A DNA stretch of 63,982 nucleotides, filler included, from Intoshia linei (taxonomy: Eukaryota; Animalia; Orthonectida): the NCBI GenBank assembly GCA_001642005.1. It is 6 parts of 6 records of this genome, joined end to end, with 100 filler letters (N's around TTAATTAATTAA, not from the genome) between each part and the next. Parts side by side here need not be neighbours in the genome. Positions count along the whole stretch, not along the records: positions 26,792 to 43,617 come from LWCA01000839.1; 5 more parts are not named here. One strand, given 5' to 3'. Below the pieces are notes generated by a model. That model did not search any database. It saw nothing but the letters and a program-made list of their open reading frames with translations, and was not told the DNA's origin. The stretch's first letter is position 1. Each line of letters begins with the position of its first letter. Made by a program: the position numbers and the translations under genes. Of the stretch, positions 28,312 through 40,271 are shown in pieces.

Positions 28312-29622
28312 TCAATTATTTGAAGAATAATAATCAACGCCTTCCCACCCGTCAGAACTGTAAGAATCAGTATTTAAATTGTTTGACAATTTTACATTTT
28401 CAGTAATTCCAAATGCTTTTAATATGTAAGTAGGTATTCGGTGGTTTTCATTTTTATCAGAAATATACCACTTTGAAGGTCCTTTACAATGTGGTTTTTT
28501 CCTTCGATCAAACATGGAATTTGCAGTTAGTGCATATCTTACAGCATTGCTGAGTATTGAATTACTGTTGTACCTATAATATAAAAATTGATCAGATATC
28601 CAATTGTAAATTTGTTGTGTGGTTAATTCTTGGTTTTCTGATGCGTTGATAGAAAGCCATATAAGTTGTTTGAATGACAATTGCGGTTTTTGAATCTCGT
28701 AATAGGTAAATTCGTTTAAATCATCAAATTCGTTTTTATATTCGCTAAGGTATCTTTTTTGAAAGCCACAAGATTCGTCTATAAATGGTATTATATCTAG
28801 TCCAATGATATCTGTCATGATTCCATTTAATTCACTTTGTTTATTTTGAGTTTGTATCGAAGAATATTTTAAATTTATATCATCATTGCGTGAATTTGGT
28901 ATACTCACATAAATATTGGAGTCTTCACTTGGCAGTTCTTCTGTTTCATAAAATTCTGGCATATTATCTTGGCTCTGTTGGCATTGTGTTGAGTAATGAT
29001 CCATCGAACTAATTCGTCTAGTATCGTCTATATTTTCGACTGTGACGCTAGTCCTTGCATATGGATTGTGTTGTTGTTCATTAAACATGGCCAATAGTTC
29101 ACTGTCAAAGCTCAATTTCTCAAGTGTAATATTTTCGTTCTTTGTGTTTATTTCGTCATTGTGGTAATTTTGATTTATACTCATTAAACTTTCAAATTCA
29201 CACAATGTTTTACCATGAGGTTCATCCAGATCAGATATGCTATAATTTTCCTTGTATATTTGCCCGTTTTTGTAATAATTTGAGTTTTGCGTCTTTTTGT
29301 ATAGTTTTAATTCTGTTCTTAATTCATGAAAGTCTTTAACTGGTTCATACACTATTCCGTTATCAAATGATTCAATTTTTGGATCTTCAATGTCCATTGT
29401 ACCGCCAATCATATTTATTTTACATAAACAATCGATATCAATATTACATCCAAAAGTATCGTGTTGCATCTTTATTTTATTCAAATCTCTGTATAATTGT
29501 TCATAATAGTCAGTTTTATTCATAGTGTTACTTTCTGTGTTAATTTTAAAATTTTCTTCCAAGAAGTCTAATGAAATACCTGCATCAACGTCACCCAAAA
29601 AATAATTATTTCCATTTTTCAT
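28312..29622 (-). CDS. Intronless divergent forkhead-box protein (436 aa, C-terminal winged helix)
   Basis: KPQLSFKQLIWLSINASENQELTTQQIYNWISDQFLYY..NAVRYALTANSMF..KGPSKWYI aligns to the forkhead consensus KPPYSY..LI..AI..S..LTL..IY.WI...FPYY..NSIRHNLSLN.CF..GKG.YW. Confidence 0.82.
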   Translation of the reverse strand: MKNGNNYFLGDVDAGISLDFLEENFKINTESNTMNKTDYYEQLYRDLNKIKMQHDTFGCNIDIDCLCKINMIGGTMDIEDPKIESFDNGIVYEPVKDFHELRTELKLYKKTQNSNYYKNGQIYKENYSISDLDEPHGKTLCEFESLMSINQNYHNDEINTKNENITLEKLSFDSELLAMFNEQQHNPYARTSVTVENIDDTRRISSMDHYSTQCQQSQDNMPEFYETEELPSEDSNIYVSIPNSRNDDINLKYSSIQTQNKQSELNGIMTDIIGLDIIPFIDESCGFQKRYLSEYKNEFDDLNEFTYYEIQKPQLSFKQLIWLSINASENQELTTQQIYNWISDQFLYYRYNSNSILSNAVRYALTANSMFDRRKKPHCKGPSKWYISDKNENHRIPTYILKAFGITENVKLSNNLNTDSYSSDGWEGVDYYSSNN

Positions 29623-30000
29623 TTTACTGCTTCATATGTTTATACATTTTTAAATCAATCCATTTTGATTAAATCATTATTGTTGATTATCTTAATGTAT
29701 GCTATTTTACGTGTAATCGCATTCTTATGCTAAAACTTTTTAGTTGCCTAAAAAATTTGTGATAATTACCATTGACTCGTATTAGTGTCATTTTTTAATC
29801 TTTGTATTGTAGATCAGAGATTCAGAATCCATAATTACCAATTAAATTTTTTAATAGCAGTTTCCTTATGGTTAAATTTATGTAGCGATTTAATGTTACT
29901 TTTATGGAATGATTGGCGAACATTCAGTTAAGTCATGTATTGTTAGAAAGTGGCGACATAATCATGGATTTTGCTAATTAATTTAATATTAATCATATTA

Positions 30001-30340
30001 TTGATTTTTGAAAATTTTGAAGATAATTTTTGGACCAAAATTTGAGGGGGTTATTTAAGGGAAGTTTTTTTGACCCAATTTTTAAACGTTTTGATAATAA
30101 TTTGGAGACCAAAATTTGATGGTTTTTTATGGCAATTTTTAAACATTTTGAAAATAATTTTTGGATCAAAATTTGGTAGGATTTTTAAGCTTTTCTTTAC
30201 CCAATTTTTAAATAATTTGAAGATAATTTTGGTGCCAAGATTTTGTAGGGTTTTTAAGGGAATATTTTAACAGTATAAAATATCTTCAAAACCTTTTAAA
30301 TTTTTGTCGAAAAATTATCATAAAAATCTTTAAAAACAGT
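30001..30340. repeat. Dispersed repeat with degenerate ~60-70 bp tandem units
   Basis: Repeated ttttgaagataatttttggaccaaaatttg-like units. Related copies at ~12090-12330, ~55270-55550 and ~60000-60200. Confidence 0.65.
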
Positions 30341-30459
30341 CTTAATTAAAGTTAGATTTAAATTAAGTTGAACTATTAATTTCTAAAACTTGTTATGGGG
30401 TGTGTGGTAGACACTGTCTACTTAAATCCAACCATTTTTAGAAAATACATTTACTAAAA

Positions 30460-31276
30460 ATCAAAATTTATCAACCCTTTAGAGAAAAGTCTTGTTTTAC
30501 TAAACCTCAAGAGAAAAATCTAGTTATACCAACCCTATAAAGCAACATCGAGTTATTCCAAACTCTACAAGGAAAAATTCCAGTTTTACTAAGCTTTAAG
30601 GGCAAAAACTAGTTTCACCAACCCTAAAAGGAAATATCCAATTTTATCAACCCTTAATGGTAAAAAATCATTTTCACAAACCTTTAAGGAAAATTCTAGT
30701 TTTATTAACACTTTAGGAAAGTTTTCCAGTTTTACCAAGGTTTAAGGGTAAAAACCAGTTTCACCAACTCTAAAAGGAAATATCTAATTTTATCAACCCT
30801 TAAGGGTAAAAATTCACTCTTACCAACCCTAAAATCAAAAACATTTTCACAAACCTTTAGGGAAAAAAACCAGTTTAACCAACCCTATATCGAAAAATCT
30901 AGTTCTTCCAACCCCTACAAAGAAAAAATCATTTTCACAAATTTTATGGAAAATTCCAGTTTTATCAACACTTTAGGAAAAAATTCTAGTTTTACCAAGC
31001 TTTAAGGGCAAAACTAAGCTGTACCAACACTAAAAGGAAAAATCCAGTTTTATCAATCTTTAAAGGAAAAATTCAGTCTTACCAACCCTAAAATTAAAAA
31101 ATCAGTTTTACCAAACCTTTAGTGAAAATTTCAGTTTTAGGGTTTGTAAAAGTGGATTAATCCCTTAAGGGTTGTTAAAGCTGGATTTTTTCCTTAACGG
31201 TAGGTTAAATTGGAATAATCCCTAAAGGTTTCGGTAAAACTAATTTTTTCCCTTAAAGGTTTGAAAATTGGAATTT
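30460..31276. repeat. ~29-30 bp minisatellite that switches orientation at ~31135
   Basis: About 20+ units resembling ccagttttaccaaccctaaagggaaaaatt up to ~31130, then about five reverse-complement units (e.g. cccttaagggttgttaaagctggattttt). Confidence 0.8.
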
Positions 31277-31560
31277 ACGATATATTCAAGACTCTTAGCT
31301 TGACATTTTAATTTTAATGCACAAAATATTTACGATATTCAAGAATGTATTTTTTACACTCAATTTAGTCAAAAATGAGGTTTCTATTTTACGAAAATTT
31401 CGCTAATTACCTTGAAGATGGGTCGCGATTACGATAGGTCGGCACTCGATGAATGTATCTTGTATGCTAACTAAACGAATTAACTGTTTGACAGTTATAT
31501 GAAAAATTAAGTGCCCCAGACTAAAAAATTCCCGTCACCTATAATTTTTTAAAATTTTAG

Positions 31561-34500
31561 ATTTTAATAGCAAAAACCTTGTGAAAAAATGGTACGATTC
31601 AGTATATGTGGTTAAAAACGAAAACAAATGCGAAAATTTAGTATATTTGGATGCCTCAGTTTTGAAAACAAATTTAAACGAAAAAATAAAATTTCCAAAT
31701 CTTAACGTTGCTGGTTTAGTTAGAAGGGAATTTGAAACTAAGGAGAAATTTATCAATAAAAGTGAAATGCCAATGGTATACTTGTTAAATTTATAAATAT
31801 TTTCAATTTAGACGGCACTGGCTGCCACATGCACCAATCTTTGCACTGTTTCGAAGATGCAAACCATTACGTCCATTTTAGATTTTTTATCTACTGACAC
31901 TATATGGTACATTTTTATTTAAAACAGTTTTTATTAACTGTTTTCTATTGGTGCGCATAATGCAATAAAAAATTATTAAGCATTTGGTTCTTACTGATAA
32001 TTTAAGATAAGTTGTTTCAGTACAAAATAACATGTAGCTGACCTTAAATCAGTAGTTCTTAACCGGTTACATGGAATCCAAGCGTGCACAATCGATTTTT
32101 GGGGCGGTATACGAAGCTATTTTTCTGTCTTTATTAATTTTTTGTAGTTGATTAAAAAAATTAAGTAAATATTTCAAAAAACCACAAAACTGTTCAACAT
32201 TTTCGTACACAAATATTTAAAAAGCCACTAACAGATTTTATTCACTTCTTCATTTGAAGCTACAGAAATGTTGTAATTGAAAATTGTATTAATGTATTTA
32301 TTTTGTAGTTTTAATAAGCACTTGTCAATCAGCACATCCTAATCCGCTAAGAATGTGTATAAAATATGATATTTCTTAGGTAAAAAATAAGAAATGGCAA
32401 TTTGTCACCGTTACCATTATCAACGCTCCACATATAATTTCAAAAACTTTGTTTAAATCTAACAACGATGACTTGATTATTCTAATTACATAGCACAAAA
32501 TAAAAGATACAAATAATTCATATATAATCTCTTTTTTAATTAAGGACAGTTAATTATTTCAAATTTTTAGTTTTAATACATAGTAATTCGAAAAAAAAAA
32601 TTAATACTAAAGTGCTTTTTTAACCGTGAAGACATCACTTTATCAGATTGAAATTTTTTGTGTCTATTAATCCTAATACTCCCAGTGTGACCATATGGTC
32701 ACACAACATTACAATTATAAAAACACATCAAATTGAAACAAAGTTAATTAAATATGAAAAATTAACATTCGAGTATATTAGCTATGGGTTTTCACCGATT
32801 AGCCTCCTGTGTCACTGACAATGAGCCAAAATGATTTATTAAAGCAAAAAAAAATTCAATGAAAAAATGTGTTATGAATTATGTTAAAGTTGTGATAATT
32901 GAATTTAATAAATACAATATGATGAATTCATGTATTGGCTACAATTTGATGTAATAATTAGGTATATTAACGATGCGGTTTTATATATACACGCTTTTAT
33001 TTACCTTATTTTCCCAATGTGACCATATGGCCACATGAAATAACTCCATAACTACAATTGGTAATTACCTAAAATTATATATGGTGAAAAATAGGCAAGT
33101 ATGTATTAACTTGCCAAATTTTTGTAAAAATCCAAGCCAAAAAATTAGAAAAATTTGTCTGGGAGTATTCGGGATAATAATAAATCTTAGTGTTGTTATA
33201 ATTGTGGATACGTGGATAATGACTTTTTATTTTAGTTTTTTCAAAAATAATTTTTGATGGTTGCAACATTGTGACGTGCTTATACTGCATGTTAATTTTC
33301 AAAAATATTTCTTTATTAATAAGGAAGCTATGTCATATCATGTTGTCTTTAAAATTAGTGGACGGAGTGTATATCATTACATTGAAAATGACAAAATAGG
33401 TTTTTATAATTTTATTTTTTCTCGAATTCATGCTATTTATCACAATTTTTACGATTGGACTGTTTTTACTTTATTTTAAATATTATACACACATTTTGTC
33501 TAATTAATTAAAAAAATGAGATAACAATGGTTTTTAAAATTCTTTACACAAATGTTAACAAAACAAAATTAAGATGGATTAATTTATTTTAAAGTAAAAA
33601 GTAATGTGATATGACAGTTCCACCTGAAACAAGTTTGGGAACCACTCCTTTAAAGGATTGATAATAGTGAATAGTAGGATTTATAAGTTAGTTTTTCAAC
33701 GTGAATTTATTTTTTTGGTATAATAAAATGTACCCTCGGCAGAGCTAGGTGCTGTTTGTACGTGGTACATAACAGTCAACCTAGTACAATATAAATAGCG
33801 ATTATAATGTTTATTTTTGCACAAAAAAATCCCTAAAATCCACAAATTCTTATTTAAAATTATATAATAAGTTTGGGAACCACTCCTTCATCCGAAATGC
33901 ATGATATAAGAAAAAACTATGTACTACACAATTTTGAAATTTTATTTTTTGAGTATAACTATAATTGTATTGTTTATTTTTATTATCGAATATTTTCTGT
34001 TGATATTTTTTATATTGATACATATTTTAATTTTTAACAGCATTGATTCTTAAATTAGGACATTCCCATCCTTGGGTGTATGTTTAACTTTAAACTTAAA
34101 AATTAAGATTGATAAACATTTAATTGTACCATTTATACTATACATTTTATAGACTTACAGATTTCTTCAATTTTAGTTTCATCTTAGATGCTCGAGATTT
34201 TACTCTTGTGTGAGGTTCGGCCAACTCATCAAATAATAGAAAATAATACGGTCTAATGAATACTTTAGTTTCAACCCAAGATTTAACAGTTACTTGAGGA
34301 TTGAAATTAAATAAATCATAAAGTAATCCAGATTTTATGGTAACATCACCATCACCGTTAAATGACACATCTAATTTATGACCCTGCGATCTTAAACCAA
34401 AATTAGTTATACCCAAACTGCTGTTAATCAAGTTGTTAACAAATAACATGTCATTCAATTTACTCGACATAACTGCTTGTTCAAAAGATGAAGAATATTG

Positions 34501-37500
34501 GATTTCCAAATGTACACCCTTTTTTACTTTGACAACTTTTAAGCATCCAAATTCTAGCAATTGCAACATGATTTGATTCATTACATAAAACAAAAAACAT
34601 TTCAGTCGAAGTTCATATGGTTTGCTTTTCATGAGGTATGCATCTTGCATATTTTTGTGATAAAATTCTTTAATCATTTCCAATTTGTTTCTAGATTTAT
34701 AAAATAAAAATATAATACATTAGTTTGTATTATTAAAAATTACTCATCATCGCCACTTTTAACTGGCCCAAAACTCGTAAAAATTAAATGTAATATCACA
34801 ATTTTTAAAAACATTTTATATTTTAATGAATAGTTCTTTAGATTAATTTCAATTTAAATTAAACGTTCTGTTAGTTTAGTTAAATTTTTGAGAGTTTATA
34901 AACTCTATTGAGTAGTTCTCATTGAGTTCAAATAAAATAATCAATCTTGATATCTTTTGAGTTGGTAAACTAAAATATTTTTAATGTAATGTTTCATTTT
35001 TCAAAAATATTCAAAAGTTTTTAAATGGACGCACATGTACATCTTCATGGTCAAAACCCCAAATAACCATTATTTAAAAAAATTCAAAAATTGAATAGTC
35101 CCAGAATTTAAAAAAGACCTAGACAGAGTTAGGTGCTGTTTCAACGAAGTACAGTTAAACAGTCGAGCTATCATGGATATTTATGATGACTAGGCTAAAT
35201 TTTAACCTTAATAAAGTCATGTTAAATTTAAAAATGTATAATTTTTATCAATTGAAACTTTTTTAAAATTGTAGAACTATTTTCATTTTTTCAAAAAGTG
35301 GTAATCTGAGGTTTTGATCATGAAAATGTATTTTTTTGAGGTTATCATTTATGATTATGATTTTAAAACCTATCCAACAATTTATCTTCTATAAAATATA
35401 GGCTTTTTTTAATTTTTACACAAAAAGGGTAATTTCAGGTTTTGGCTGTGAAGATATACGATTTTTAAATTAGATAATTTTAAAATCTTTATCAGTTTGT
35501 TAATATTTTATAATTCTAGGACTCGTTTGAATTTTAAAAAAAAGATTAATTATGGTTTTTAACCTTAAAGGACTCAATTTCTGAAAATGAAATTTGCGAT
35601 AAAACATCACCTTCGAAAAACGGTTATAGAAATATAGAAATTTTTAAAACTCGACTCCTGTTCCCTAAATAAACTGAAAAAAAAGACAAATGAATAGACG
35701 ATGTCTGTTAGACGTACATTTTTAACTAAAATTACTATATATAAGTAAGGATTGCAAAGACATGTATAATTAATGTAATTTTTACCGGAAAACAAGGACA
35801 TTTTGCTTGTACAGTCTAATCGTTAAGAGCGGACATGAAATTATAATTCGTACCTTTTACTCGTTTTACGTAATAAAGTAACGATGGAAGATATATTTTA
35901 CGTTGTCACGTGTAAATATGCACAGATTTTTTTGCATCGGTCAAAAATTCGTCGACTTAATCTCCTCTTATTTATCGCGGTTACATTTACCCTCTTGATG
36001 ACATTGCAACGCGAATGTATTGAAGTGAAAAAGGTAAGAATGTCCAAAACCATACAACTCTGAGATGATGGATTGTTTAAGATAATTAAATATATATTTA
36101 ACTGGCTTGACTGTTATGTACTACGTACAAACAGCACCTAGCTCTGCCAAGGGCACTCTTTTATTATACCAAAAAAATAATTTCACGTTGAAAATCTAAC
36201 TTAAAAATCCTACTATTAACTATTATCAATCCTTTATTGAAAATCTAACTTAAAAATCCTACTATTCACTATTATCAATTCTTTAAAGGAAAAAATAAAT
36301 TCACGTTGAAAATCTAATTTAAAAATCCTACTATTCACTATTATCAATCCTTTAAAGGAGTGGTTCCCAAATTTGTTTCAGGTGCAACCATCATATCACA
36401 TTACTTTTTACTTTAAAGGTAATTATTCCATCTTAATTTTGTTTTGTTAACATTTGCATAAAGAATTTTAAAAATAATTATCCCATTTTTTTAATTTATT
36501 AGACAAAAAACGTGTATAATATTAAAACTAAAGTAAAAAACAGTCCAATCCTAAAAATTATAAAAACCTATTTTGTCGTTTTCAATGTGATGACATATAT
36601 TAAGTACTAATTTAATAAATACTTATAAATATTTCAGTCGGATTTTACCATTATTGCAAAGGATTGTAATATAAAAATGATTGATGTTAAAAATGTGTCC
36701 ATACTTTTGGCCTTTTTTCTTGTTTTATATAAAAATTGGATTGTCTACTGAAAATTTTCCTAAATCTAAATCAGAATTAATACAGTATGATGATTAATTA
36801 AAAAAACCGTTGTTATCTTACTTATTTCGGATATCATGTTCTTTTTGATACTCATTGAGGCGTCTCATCTTCTTAATTTTGGCGTTTTTTCTTGTGAATG
36901 TTGCTTTTCTTTTTGTCATATTATTTCAAATTTCAATGAGTAAAAAAATAACGTTATCAGTGAGTATAAATTTAATTTTATATTTTATATTACGTTGCTG
37001 TAGTGTTATAAATTAATTAAAGTTTACAAAATTTTTTGAAAATGAAAATTTGAAATTTAAAAGATGCGTAAGCAATCAAAAAAATTCCGAAGGAATGATT
37101 GTGTGTGTGTGTGATAATGATACCCATGTCTTAACTGGAAATGTGTAGACGTACAATCCACATTTTTTTTGAAATTGTAGAATCAATATTTACATTTTAT
37201 ATTTTTGATTTTAATTGAAATATTTGAAAAATATTGATTGATAATATATTAAAAATTATTTTTTAGATTTCTGAGGTTTAAATTTTTTATTTATATCAAC
37301 TGGAATAAGCTCTATCAGAATAATCATTTTTTTAAATTTTCGGACAGTTAATTATTTCATATTTTTTGTTTTAATAAAATATTTCGGAAAAAAATATATG
37401 AATAATAAAATGCTTTTTTGACCGTGAAGTCGTCACTTATTCAGATTGAAATTTTTTATGTGTGTTAACATGATACAACTCTACCATCTGTAAATTTTTT

Positions 37501-38635
37501 GAAATTCTAGGTCTGTTTTCAAAAAAATAGAAGGGAATTTGTGGTTTTGGCCATGAAGGTATAATTTTTTTAAATTTAAATATATGATAATGTTTATGAT
37601 TTTAAAATCCGCATCAGCGTATATATTGTTTTAAATTTTCCAACGCATTTAATTTTCAAAAAGAGAGACAACAGGGGTTTTTGACCCTAAAGATGTGAAA
37701 TTGGGAGATTGAAACACTGTAATTGAAATGTGGTTTTTAAAAAATTCTAAGAGTGCCAGTTATTTCAAAAAAGTAACACACACACAAACAAAAATCGCGC
37801 GCATTTTATATAAGTTAAGATAAAATTTTGGAAGTGAAAAAAACAAATTTTTTGAAATTGAAAATGTTATGTATAAAATCTTTCTAATAATGAATTTTAA
37901 TTCCAAATAATATTTAAATTACGATTATCTAAAAAGTTTAATTTAGTTATTTTAACAATAAAAACAAAAAATTACACGATTTACAAAAAGAAAAGTGGTT
38001 AGCAATTATCGACCAGTTTAACCAACAGTAATTATTTACTTTTTATATATTTTTAATTCGTCTAGTTTTTCTATAGATGTAAAACCCACATATACGCTTA
38101 ATCCTATAAAGATAAATGATGCTGATAAAAACATTCTGATTAACCACTTCGATAATTACAGTCCTTGGTCAATTCATAGTAAATATTTTTAATAGTAATT
38201 CAACTAATAATTTAGCCTTTCATTATATTAATCAATGTTTACAATCTTGTATTTTAAGTACAATGTTGTGTTTGAAAAAATTGTCGGTACAAGAAGTTCT
38301 GGATTTGTCACTCTTAGAAAGTGCATATCAAGTAAGTGTAGAAGAATTTGATGATTTTGATAACAGAAACGAAAATAATGTTGTAGAATTTATATTAGTT
38401 TACACCGTCTCGGGACCAACACTTAGCCTAAATACCCCCTTTTAAGAACAAAATAAAAAACTACTTAATTAAAAATGAAAAATTAGTTTTTCCAAAAAAA
38501 ATTTAATTAAATACAATAGTATCAATTTAGATTGAAAAATGGGGAGACTCTGAGCAAGAAAAATCTGTAAAATTTATCCAGGAAAACATTGCATCATCCC
38601 TAAAATTCCTTGAAGCTTGTAATTGTAAAAAATAA
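31561..38635 (+). CDS. ATPAF2: Mitochondrial F1 assembly factor 2 (ATP12 family); first exon not identified
   Basis: KKWYDSV..VYLDASVLKT..NVAGLVRREFE..MPMTALAATC..FLSTDTIC | YFNNKNKKLHDLQKEKWLAII | ..LINHFDNYSPWSI | ..LQSCILS..LSVQEVLDLSLLESAYQ | IEKWG..; stop TAA at 38633-38635. Collinear with ATP12 motifs (RFY, LD..LKTP, EW, TDTIC, LQ..EW, SRLEE.YQ..WG). One ~6-kb intron at ~31907-37946. Confidence 0.85.
32671..33173. mobile_element. piggyBac-like MITE with subterminal palindrome
   Basis: ttaa|tcctaatactcccag ... ctgggagtattcggg|ataa. Perfect 20-bp palindrome gtgtgaccatatggtcacac at 32685-32704, with a degenerate repeat at ~33018. A truncated sister copy starts at ~45931 (ttaa|ccc). Confidence 0.65.
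34147..34814 (-). CDS. Orphan 204-aa putative secreted protein, 2 exons, nested antisense in the ATPAF2 intron
   Basis: Exon 1 34814-34744 MFLKIVILHLIFTSFGPVKSGDD (signal-peptide-like). A 53-nt GT-AG intron (34743-34691) joins in phase to the 178-aa ORF. No family recognised. Confidence 0.7.
36101..37820 (+). mobile_element. Long copy of the DINE-1/HINE-like repeat with an internal ~60-bp triplication
   Basis: Same termini as 12361-13279. ttgaaaatctaacttaaaaatcctactatt..tatcaat occurs three times at ~36188-36350. Confidence 0.55.
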
Positions 38636-38831
38636 ATTTTCATTCGACCATTTCGAAGACAGAAATGACTGAATTATACATTAACTAACTTAGCTATTAA
38701 CATGCGAATTTGGCTAACCAAAATTCAGTAAATACATCATAACAGTAAAATATCACCAACAGTTGCAAAATTATCGACTATATAAAAAACAAGAGTAATT
38801 TGATTTCCATGTTTTCATATCAATAAATTAA

Positions 38832-39724
38832 ATGGGAAAATTTGTTTTTGATAAATTTTTTTGTGTAAAACTTGAAACTGCGAGTCAAGGATGTTGTTAT
38901 TTCGTAATGGTATATTTTTACAATACAATATTCAATAGCACGTAAAATTAGGCAGTATCTTTTTTGTCTAGTATCATTCAATTGTTAGATATAATATCCT
39001 ACATGGACCCAAATTTTGACATTCCAGGTGGATTTAAAGCGGTTTGGCGATCTCATGTATGGGGAGGTATATAAAGTTTAAGAATACTGTTAATAACAAT
39101 TAGGTTGGTTGATTTGTAATTTCGTAATGATTTTAACCAATTCGGTATTATTAATGTATGCAATAGTGATGCTGATAGCAATTTACAGATTTGTAGGTAA
39201 ATGTAAAGCAAACTAATAAAAAAAATAGGAAACTTATTTTGAATATACAATGCTGCGAATATTTTTTGCACTAATCATAATGTACCTATTTATAGATTTG
39301 GGGACTGCTTTGTACTACTATACGTGGTACGGGTACAACACATTTGTATATTTTCAAAAATTAACTTTTATGAAACTTGTAGAGACTAGCTTATTTATGT
39401 TCCACGTTCATTTTCCATCTATTGAAAACAATTGGAATGGTAAGACCATTTCATAAATTTTTTGATTGGACTAAAATGTAGATAATTTCCTGCTTTATAT
39501 GCTACTCAAGAATTCTAGATATAAGGTAACATTATATTGTATTTATGTTAATGAACGTGATTAGTTACGAAATGAGATATGGAGAACGTAAAATTTACAA
39601 AAAAATGATGGAAGTGCAAAACGAAAACAATTTCATAAATTGGATGGGATTCAGTCAAGTCGGACTTAATACAACATATGGAGAAACTACAAACACCACA
39701 GCATCAATTGTGAATACATTATAA
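38832..39724 (+). CDS. 219-aa four-pass membrane protein (LAPTM/DUF4728-like layout), 7 exons
   Basis: Exons 38832-38909, 38952-39066, 39104-39192, 39229-39345, 39383-39439, 39482-39525 and 39565-39724 join through six GT-AG introns of 36-42 nt into one 660-nt ORF with four hydrophobic segments. Family assignment is tentative. Confidence 0.8.
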
Positions 39725-39738
39725 TCAGTAAAATATTT

Positions 39739-40271
39739 TTAATTTACATCTTCTGTATACTTTTCCTTGTTTGTCTTTGCAGCCAATCTACCTGCCGACT
39801 TACGATCCAAGATATGTTGTCTATTTTTGTTAAGTTTTAATTTTGTTATAGTAACCTAAATTATTTTTTAACCGATTTAAAAAAATAATACATTAGAAGG
39901 GTGAATTCCGATGTGTACTGCCAAACCATTGGCTTTATCACGTTGAACGCGTTCACAATGGATAACATACTTTTTTCTGAATACTTTGATTATTTTATAA
40001 TCATTCTCTGAACGAAATCTTCCTTTTTCAATCTAAAATTGATTTGATTAAATTAAATTTGATTATTAATTATTAGTATTATGAAATTATCAATTCAAAT
40101 TACTTTCACAACATCGTCTTTTACAACTGGCATAGAACGAACTGTATATTTTGTTCTCAAATCTTTGGATAAAGGTGCACTCATGATTTTACCGCGAATG
40201 TGAGAAGGTGCAGCAAAGTGTCGTTTTCTGTTTTTTCTTCGCGAAGATGATACAAATTGGTTTCTCTTCAT
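39739..40271 (-). CDS. RPL26: 60S ribosomal protein L26 (uL24), 3 coding exons
   Basis: [82 protein letters not shown]; stop TAA at 39741-39739. Confidence 0.97.

Noticed and set aside
30460-31276. CRISPR array or telomeric repeat
   Set aside because: Units are contiguous and degenerate with no unique spacers, there are no cas genes, and the context is eukaryotic. The aaccct cores are not tandem telomere repeats.
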